Shown in pieces: positions 8,510 to 14,209 of a stretch of 19,571 nt of DNA. The DNA lies in contig JASJDR010000158.1 in NCBI GenBank assembly GCA_030065615.1, forward strand, positions 1 to 19,571, written 5' to 3'. Under the pieces are notes generated by a model. It made no database searches. It saw nothing but the letters and a program-made list of their open reading frames with translations, and was not told where the DNA came from. The position numbers and the translations under genes are program-made. Numbering within the stretch: the first letter of the stretch is position 1; each line of letters opens with the position of its first letter. Origin of the DNA: Xenococcus sp. MO_188.B8. Lineage in GTDB: Bacteria > Cyanobacteriota > Cyanobacteriia > Cyanobacteriales > Xenococcaceae.

Positions 8510-8608
8510 TTAAATGTAAATGTTGGTCTGCGATAAGATATGAGCCAAGTGCGTCAGTGAACCATCAAGTATTTGGGTTCAGTCTCATCCAGTAATGGAG
8601 TTCAAGAA

Positions 8609-9181
8609 ATGGTTACTAACCCCACCAAGGAAAAAATATCTTTTGAAGAATATCTAAATTATGACGATGGTACAGATAACCGTTATGAATTGGTGGATGG
8701 AGAATTAGTAGTAATGAACCCGCCAGCTAAAAGACATTTTAAAATCAGTCGTTTTTTAGTGAGACTGTTTGAGGAGTTTATATCTCGACAAAAATTAGAT
8801 ATTGAGGTGTTTACAGGTATCGGAGTAAGAACGGGGTCAAATAAAGCTCGTATCCCTGATGTTAGCGTGATTGAAGGTGAAGTATGGCGCAGTATCCCTG
8901 ATGATGCCTCGGCAGTAGTTCAAGTACCCCTGATGCTAGCTGTGGAAGTAGTAAGCGCAGGTGCGGAACAGAGAGAAAGAGACTATACCGATAAAGCGAT
9001 AGAGTATCAAAATACAGGAATTCCTGAATACTGGATTGTTGACCCCATCGAGCAAAAAATAACAGTCTTGATGTTAGACAAGGGGAGTTACACCAAAACT
9101 GTATATATGGTCGATGAAGCGTTAAAGAGTGCGACATTCCCAGGATTAAAGGTAACGGCGGGTGAAATAATATCTCCGTGA
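8609..9181 (+). CDS. Uma2-family (DUF820) restriction-endonuclease-fold protein
   Basis: Motifs are FEEYLNYDDGTDNRYELVDGELVVM, IPDVSVI, LAVEVVS...D and EYWIVDP. The start was moved from the track's TTG 8573 to ATG 8609, which has GGAG 8 nt upstream. Confidence 0.85.
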   Translation: MVTNPTKEKISFEEYLNYDDGTDNRYELVDGELVVMNPPAKRHFKISRFLVRLFEEFISRQKLDIEVFTGIGVRTGSNKARIPDVSVIEGEVWRSIPDDASAVVQVPLMLAVEVVSAGAEQRERDYTDKAIEYQNTGIPEYWIVDPIEQKITVLMLDKGSYTKTVYMVDEALKSATFPGLKVTAGEIISP

Positions 9182-9219
9182 GTTTTTTCCTAGAGCCAAT
9201 AAAAAGGAGAGAAGAAGAT

Positions 9220-9426
9220 ATGAGCAACAATCAGTTTAGTCTCGATATGTCACCTGAAGAACGACATCGTAAATTAGTCAAGATGTCAGATGAAGACATA
9301 GACTATTCAGATATTCCTGAGCTGGATGAGGACTTTTTGGAAAATGCCAAATTAGTCATCATCAACGAGACTCAAGACAACACAAGTCCGAGCATACCCC
9401 CCACCGATCACATTCGGCACATTTAA
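9220..9426 (+). CDS. Small acidic protein (68 aa), possibly a truncated BrnA-like antitoxin N-terminal fragment
   Basis: ATG 9220 is preceded by AAGGAGAG; the track's GTG 9178 start is rejected. The segment MSDEDIDYSDIPELDEDFLENAKLV resembles, from memory, the N-terminal segment of BrnA-family antitoxins. No C-terminal DNA-binding part is present. The last 10 codons are the 17-nt repeat element. Confidence 0.5.
   Translation: MSNNQFSLDMSPEERHRKLVKMSDEDIDYSDIPELDEDFLENAKLVIINETQDNTSPSIPPTDHIRHI
9397..9413 (+). repeat. Copy 3 of the 17-nt repeat
   Basis: CCCCCCACCGATCACAT. It forms the 3' end of the small ORF 9220-9426. Confidence 0.9.
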
Positions 9427-9444
9427 TTTCTGATTTTGTCTTTG

Positions 9445-9470
9445 AGTATCACAATGGGTAGTGTGATACT
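9445..9470 (+). promoter_or_regulatory. 9-bp perfect inverted repeat between the small ORF and the 9495 gene (operator or terminator-like)
   Basis: AGTATCACA, an 8-nt loop, then TGTGATACT. No U-tract follows. Confidence 0.3.
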
Positions 9471-9494
9471 GGTAGTAAGTAGAGTAGTCAGACT

Positions 9495-9965
9495 ATGAGG
9501 CGTGTAGTTTGTTCAGATGAAATCTGGGAATTGCAACCAATTCCAGGGGCGGTAAGGCTTACAAGCTTGGAATTTGAGAAATGGATCAAACATGGATATA
9601 ATTTCAGCTTTGTGAGTCTCTCAGGTAGCGTTAGTTTATTGTGTGACTCAAGGGGGTATTACACCGCATCGAAAAAAGTGGATGGCAACCTGCGAAGGAA
9701 AAGAGTAGGGAAGTTTCCCAGCGATATCAGGCGAGGTTTAATCGGAGCGACAGAGATATTATGCGACAATGCTAAATGGCTAAAATATCAAGAGGAGCAA
9801 CGAGCCAAGCGAAAGCCCAAACAGTCGGAACAGGAAGAGACGATCGCCAGCTTGAGAGAATTTATTCAGAAGCAAAAGCAGACTATTCAAGAGTTAAAAC
9901 AGAGAAATACTGATCTGGCGATCGAGCTAGCTCAATACAAATATGCGGATGAGGATGATTTTTAA
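9495..9965 (+). CDS. Hypothetical protein (156 aa) with a C-terminal coiled-coil
   Basis: ORF track. The basic central part reads KKVDGNLRRKRVGKF. The C-terminal heptad-like segment reads IASLREFIQKQKQTIQELKQRNTDLAIELAQ. No family was recognised. Confidence 0.6.
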   Translation: MRRVVCSDEIWELQPIPGAVRLTSLEFEKWIKHGYNFSFVSLSGSVSLLCDSRGYYTASKKVDGNLRRKRVGKFPSDIRRGLIGATEILCDNAKWLKYQEEQRAKRKPKQSEQEETIASLREFIQKQKQTIQELKQRNTDLAIELAQYKYADEDDF

Positions 9966-9996
9966 GCAAAAAGTAATGTAGCTAGTACCGTACATT

Positions 9997-10176
9997 GCTC
10001 AATTACTCAATAATTCATTTACTCAATAATTCATTTATTCATTACTTCAATTGTTCAATTGAACATGATAAGCCAGTAGTTCTACGGTGGTCATGTAGAG
10101 CCTTTACTCTTACTCTTTTGAGTAAATGAATCACTACTCATTACTTCTAAACATCATTACCTCATTTACTCATTTG
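9997..10176. repeat. Repeat array upstream of parA; candidate centromere/operator
   Basis: Tandem 16-mers ACTCAATAATTCATTT lie at 10005-10020 and 10021-10036. TTCATTTACTCAA at 10014-10026 is perfectly inverted at 10118-10130 (TTGAGTAAATGAA). CATTTACTCATTTG lies at 10163-10176. TTCAATTG occurs twice at about 10046-10063. Confidence 0.55.
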
Positions 10177-10181
10177 AAAAA

Positions 10182-10823
10182 ATGACCAGAATTATTAGCG
10201 TCCTCAACCAAAAGGGAGGCAGTGGAAAAACCACTATATCAAGCAATCTAGCTCATGCGATCGCTCTTGATGGTCACAAGGTTTTGCTAGTCGATTCAGA
10301 TCCTCAAGGCAGTCTGAGAGATTGGAATGAAGCAAACGGAGGGGAATTATTACCCGTCCTTGGATTGGATAGAGAGACATTACCCAAGGATCTAAAAGCA
10401 GTATCGGATGGCTATGATTACGTGATTATCGACGGCGCGCCACAGATAGCCAAGATGTCAGCAGCAGCAGTCAAAGCAGCTAATTTAGTACTTATCCCCG
10501 TTCAACCTAGTCCTTACGATATTTGGGCTTGTGCGGATTTAGTGGATATCATTACTGCCAGACAAGAGGTTACAGAAGGTTCACCACTGGCTTACTTTAT
10601 AATCAGTAGAGCTATTAAAAACACCAAGCTTGGTAATGAAATAAAACAAGCATTGGGAGATTATGAGCTTCCAATTATGAAGACATCTACTACTCAAAAA
10701 GTTGCCTATCCCACCACCGCAGCCGAAGGGACAACAGTATTTAGCGAACTTGGATGTAGTGCAGCTAAAGAAATTAGTGCAATCAAAACTGAAGTCATGG
10801 AGATTTTAAACTATGGTGCTTAA
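10182..10823 (+). CDS. parA: ParA-family partition ATPase (small, type Ib-like)
   Basis: The deviant Walker A is LNQKGGSGKTT. Other motifs are VLLVDSDPQGS and YVIIDGAP. It is 213 aa and is followed by an overlapping small DNA-binding gene. Confidence 0.92.
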   Translation: MTRIISVLNQKGGSGKTTISSNLAHAIALDGHKVLLVDSDPQGSLRDWNEANGGELLPVLGLDRETLPKDLKAVSDGYDYVIIDGAPQIAKMSAAAVKAANLVLIPVQPSPYDIWACADLVDIITARQEVTEGSPLAYFIISRAIKNTKLGNEIKQALGDYELPIMKTSTTQKVAYPTTAAEGTTVFSELGCSAAKEISAIKTEVMEILNYGA

Positions 10824-11028
10824 AGCGAAGAAAACCCGACGCGATCGCCCTGACAAGGAACAGGCTATTAATGAGGCAACTAAACCCGATACGAAGAGAT
10901 TGAATGCAGAGATACCTAGAGAGCTACACAACAAATTAAAAACCTTTGCTGCCCAAGAGGAAACTAAGATAACTGAAGTGGTGATTGAGGCAATTAGCGA
11001 GTATTTGAGTAAAAATTCAAATGAGTAA
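10813..11028 (+). CDS. Ribbon-helix-helix centromere-binding protein (ParG/CopG-like partner of ParA)
   Basis: 71 aa, overlapping parA by 11 nt. The N-terminal tail is basic. The segment KRLNAEIPRELHNKLKTFAAQEETKITEVVIEAISEYL fits a strand-helix-helix pattern. Confidence 0.75.
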   Translation: MVLKAKKTRRDRPDKEQAINEATKPDTKRLNAEIPRELHNKLKTFAAQEETKITEVVIEAISEYLSKNSNE

Positions 11029-11074
11029 ATTAAATAGATAATGAATGAGTATTTGAATTTTTATTCATTTGAAT
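11018..11074. repeat. Second cluster of par-type repeats at the 3' end of the partition operon
   Basis: CAAATGAGTAAAT at 11018-11030 is the inverted match (13 of 14) of 10163-10176. Related pieces are AATGAGTA at 11044-11051 and TTCATTTGAA at 11065-11074. Confidence 0.4.
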
Positions 11075-11201
11075 TAATGAAGTTAAGCCAGACTATCTAA
11101 AAACCGAGCTTGGGGAATAAAATTAGAGCATCTCCCCCGAATACCAATCAAAGGGGATGCTCAATTAAATCAAATCAGATCTAATAGGAGTAGATCAATC
11201 A

Positions 11202-11468
11202 TTGGATAATCCAGTCATTCAAACTGACATAGTAGACGTATTAGGACAAATCAATCAGAAGCTAGATAAGATAGATGATCGCTTGGGCAAATTAGAGGTA
11301 GGTCAAGCTGAAATTAAGGGCGATATCAAAGCTTTAGATACTAAAGTAGAACAATTAGACAAGAGAGTAGGCAATCAAGAATTTACCAATCGTGGCGTAT
11401 TAGTTGGGTTGATTGTAGTGATCTTGGGTAGTGCAGCCAAATTTTTCGGCATGGTAGGCAATCCTTGA
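11202..11468 (+). CDS. Small coiled-coil protein with a C-terminal transmembrane anchor (88 aa)
   Basis: The TTG start has AGGAG 11 nt upstream, and there is no in-frame ATG. The coiled-coil segment is INQKLDKIDDRLGKLEVGQAEIKGDIKALDTKVEQLDKRV. The hydrophobic segment is GVLVGLIVVILGSAAKFFG. I recall this as a common cyanobacterial small-protein type. Confidence 0.6.
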   Translation: MDNPVIQTDIVDVLGQINQKLDKIDDRLGKLEVGQAEIKGDIKALDTKVEQLDKRVGNQEFTNRGVLVGLIVVILGSAAKFFGMVGNP

Positions 11469-11543
11469 TCGATAGGAATCAATCAAAGAAGTATTGATGT
11501 TTAGGATTGGCTTTAATATTTTGGAGTATTTTGTCGTGAACTA

Positions 11544-11570
11544 CCCCAATCTGCTTCGCTGAGATTGGGG
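11544..11570 (+). terminator. Hairpin downstream of the 11202 gene
   Basis: CCCCAATCT, a 9-nt loop, then AGATTGGGG (9 bp perfect), followed by CTTCTAAAAT, a weak U-tract. Confidence 0.4.
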
Positions 11571-11778
11571 CTTCTAAAATCAACTCAATCGTGTCAGTCT
11601 AGGGTATATCCTATCCAGATATCAGGTAGACCCTCTGATTTGTGTCGGGATAGGGTAATTTCTAGAATTTATTGACACTTCTCTTCAAGGGTCATAGACT
11701 ACTTTCTGACACTTTTAGTCAAAATAGTATTTTGAGTGGGAGTGAGTATTTCCGCCCGACCGAATCTGTTAACTTTCA

Positions 11779-11826
11779 CCCCTAAATAGCTTCCGATAAT
11801 AAGGATTATCGGAAGCTATTTAGGGG
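11779..11826. repeat. 48-nt perfect palindrome (22-bp stem, 4-nt loop)
   Basis: CCCCTAAATAGCTTCCGATAAT-AAGG-ATTATCGGAAGCTATTTAGGGG, verified base by base. No U-tract follows. TTGACA-17 nt-TAGACT lies at 11672-11700 upstream on the plus strand. Confidence 0.9.
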
Positions 11827-11964
11827 AAGCTGAGAAAATCAAGTATTAAAGAAATATTCCCTCTTTAATGAATTTTGTAGACTTGATGATAATATGCCTA
11901 AAGTACTTAATAATCTATTTTAGATAACGTCAGCTCGATAAAAACATCAATTTCTAGACTTTCT

Positions 11965-12005
11965 ACGAAAGAATAATGGTTTCAGCCCACGAAAGAATAA
12001 GGTTT
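11965..12005 (+). promoter_or_regulatory. Tandem direct repeats upstream of the 12043 gene (candidate operator)
   Basis: ACGAAAGAATAATGGTTT at 11965-11982 and ACGAAAGAATAAGGTTT at 11989-12005, with a 24-nt period. They end 38 nt before the ATG. Confidence 0.35.
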
Positions 12006-12042
12006 AAAAGCTCCGTCGAGTTCACGTTAGATAATCTTCGAG

Positions 12043-12756
12043 ATGGCTAATCATCAGGGAGCAGGGAGAATAGATCCTGCACAAATGTCTCTGAGAGACT
12101 TTTTTTTTAGTTTACGTCCTGGACAGCTTTGGACTCTAGGCGGTTCTATCGTTACAGTCATTGGCACTGCATTTACTATTGGCGTTTGGACTGAGTCCAA
12201 TTTCTCTATTTCATCGATTCTACCTTTTTTCTCAAATCCAGTCTTAATTGCCGAAGCACCGTCTGAATTACCAGATCAAATTCAACAGTCTAGAGAAGTT
12301 TGGATAGTTGCACAACGTGGAGATCAGCTTCTTAATAAATATTATGACGATTATTTAGAGGTTCTCAATAATCGCGGCACCCTCAACGTTATCTTGACGA
12401 ATCCTGATAGTGAGGAACTTCTCAAATACATTGGAAAACAAACTTCTAATCCTGATACTGCTAATGACGTGAGAAATGATTTGCAAAGGTCTTTCAACAA
12501 ATTGTCTGATATGGCAGCATCTACTGATGATAGGTCTAGAATTCATACAAAAGTACTAGATGCAGTAATTCCTTTTGCTGCGGTGTTCTGCGATCCAGAC
12601 TTAGATACAGGTAATGGCTATGTAATAGAATATAGATATAATGAAAAACTTCAACGCATAAATTTAGATAAGAATAAACATTCTCAATGGTGGGCTGTTT
12701 TTTTTCCACAAGTACAAAAGATGTGGGAGTCTGGACAAGATTATCAAATACAATAG
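12043..12756 (+). CDS. Membrane-anchored protein of unknown function (237 aa)
   Basis: ORF track. The hydrophobic segment is LWTLGGSIVTVIGTAFTIGVW, with a weaker second one. The ~150-aa C-terminal alpha/beta-looking domain includes EVWIVAQRG, TLNVILTNPDS and RIHTKVLDAVIPFAAVFCDP. No confident family assignment. Confidence 0.7.
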   Translation: MANHQGAGRIDPAQMSLRDFFFSLRPGQLWTLGGSIVTVIGTAFTIGVWTESNFSISSILPFFSNPVLIAEAPSELPDQIQQSREVWIVAQRGDQLLNKYYDDYLEVLNNRGTLNVILTNPDSEELLKYIGKQTSNPDTANDVRNDLQRSFNKLSDMAASTDDRSRIHTKVLDAVIPFAAVFCDPDLDTGNGYVIEYRYNEKLQRINLDKNKHSQWWAVFFPQVQKMWESGQDYQIQ

Positions 12757-12866
12757 TCTAAAGTCTATTGACCATGATTTAACTCAACATGAATTTAACA
12801 GTTAATATCATGTTGCCATATGTATCTTAAAAATCCAATAATTTTTTGACTATTATCCTTGCTGAG

Positions 12867-12900
12867 AAAGTCTACTAGAATGTTCATTTCAGTAGACTTT
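12867..12900 (+). terminator. 10-bp perfect hairpin downstream of the 12043 gene
   Basis: AAAGTCTACT, a 14-nt loop, then AGTAGACTTT, followed by TCC. The T-run is partly within the stem. Confidence 0.4.
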
Positions 12901-13017
12901 TCCAGAGCAATTTCGGCGATCGCTTTTTCAAGGCTAAAAAGTATACTATTATGGTTTACTTAATCTAAGTATATTTTTAGTATCATCATATGAGTTAAAT
13001 ATATTTTATCAGCCAAT

Positions 13018-13611
13018 ATGCTCCTCGGTTATCATCGCGTCAGCACTAAAGATCAAAGTCCACAACTTCAGATTGATGCTCTGCAAGAATATGGTTGTGA
13101 ACGATTCTATTCTGATGTGGTCAGTGGGGCAAAAGCGTCGCGTCCTGGTCTTGACGAGATGCTCAAAGAAGCCCGACCCAAAGATGTCATCGTTGTCTGG
13201 AAACTTGACCGCCTGGGGCGATCTCTCAAGCATCTGGTTGATCTGGTTGGAGAACTCAATGAACGTAAAATCGGATTGAAAAGTCTCAACGACCCTATCG
13301 ACACCACTACCCCTCAAGGAATGCTGGTGTTTAACATCTTTGCTGCCTTGGGAGAGTTTGAGCGCGAACTGATACGCGAGCGTACTAATGCGGGATTAGC
13401 CGCCGCTAGAGCCAGCGGCAGAGTCGGTGGACGTAAACCTGGACTCTCGCCAGATGCTGAACGTAAAGCTCGTATCGCTGCCTCCTACTATGAAGAAGGC
13501 ATGACCATAAAGAAGATTCTGACTGACTTGAGTATATCGAGACGGACACTCTACAAGTATCTTGACCATCGTGGCGTGAAAACTAGAGCTTACAAAAAGC
13601 AAAGCGATTAA
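13018..13611 (+). CDS. Serine recombinase (resolvase/invertase family)
   Basis: 197 aa. The catalytic-Ser motif is GYHRVSTKDQ. Other motifs are VWKLDRLGRS and FAALGEFERELIRERT. The C-terminal HTH reads ISRRTLYKYL. Confidence 0.92.
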   Translation: MLLGYHRVSTKDQSPQLQIDALQEYGCERFYSDVVSGAKASRPGLDEMLKEARPKDVIVVWKLDRLGRSLKHLVDLVGELNERKIGLKSLNDPIDTTTPQGMLVFNIFAALGEFERELIRERTNAGLAAARASGRVGGRKPGLSPDAERKARIAASYYEEGMTIKKILTDLSISRRTLYKYLDHRGVKTRAYKKQSD

Positions 13612-13774
13612 GTGTGACGACCCAAAATCATAATCGGCTCAATAGAAAAATTTTTGAAGCAGACAATTCTAAATATCCAATCCAAATCCAAAAGATGTAA
13701 GATGTTTAGCAGCTTTTAGAATAATTTTGTAAGATTAAAGCAGAAATAATACTTACAAACTTAATCATTGATAT

Positions 13775-14209
13775 ATGAGTCATGAGTTATTAACTGCCCA
13801 AGCCTTATTGAATATTGCTTTAGGTGGAATCGTAGGAAACGCTGCAAGTGATGGTGTCAGAAAATTAGGAAAACAATTATGGCAGAGAATAAGAAACCGT
13901 TTGTTGCAAAATCAACCCACTATAGAAGCAGAAATAGTTAATTTTGAACAAAGCCCTATTGCAGAGAATACAAAACTGCTAGAAGATTTTCTTCAAGTCG
14001 AAATGCACAAAGACAAAGAATTTGCCGAAGCAATTAGCAATTTAGGCAGGGAAATTTCTCATGCTAATGGAGGTAGTATAACTAATAAAAATATTAAAGC
14101 AGAAGGTAATGCGGTTGCTGCTGCAATGATAGATGCACCGAATTCTAGAATAGGAGGATCGGATAATCATTATCACTTGGGAAAGGAACAAGCCCAGATG
14201 AAATTCTAG
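13775..14209 (+). CDS. Helical N-terminal module (144 aa) that is probably the N-terminus of the downstream STAND NTPase
   Basis: ORF track, frame 2. It overlaps by 43 nt the frame-1 reading frame that carries the NB-ARC domain. No catalytic motif was recognised. Confidence 0.65.
   Translation: MSHELLTAQALLNIALGGIVGNAASDGVRKLGKQLWQRIRNRLLQNQPTIEAEIVNFEQSPIAENTKLLEDFLQVEMHKDKEFAEAISNLGREISHANGGSITNKNIKAEGNAVAAAMIDAPNSRIGGSDNHYHLGKEQAQMKF

Noticed and set aside
8573-9230. Track starts TTG 8573 (Uma2) and GTG 9178 (small ORF), and the antisense ORF 8862-9230
   Set aside because: The downstream ATGs at 8609 and 9220 have GGAG and AAGGAG sites at good spacing. The antisense ORF is a shadow of the Uma2 gene.
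12757-13017. AT-rich inverted and direct repeats upstream of the resolvase (CATGATTTAAC/GTTAATATCATG at 12774-12815; TTTAACTCA at 12777 against TGAGTTAAA at 12991) as a res site
   Set aside because: The matches are short and lie in very AT-rich DNA. I cannot distinguish them from chance or define three-subsite res architecture by eye.
12355-13602. Short ORFs 12355-12546(-), 13009-13317(-), 13073-13279(+), 13107-13307(-), 13396-13602(-)
   Set aside because: These are shadows within the membrane-protein gene and the resolvase gene, and the resolvase has unambiguous family motifs.
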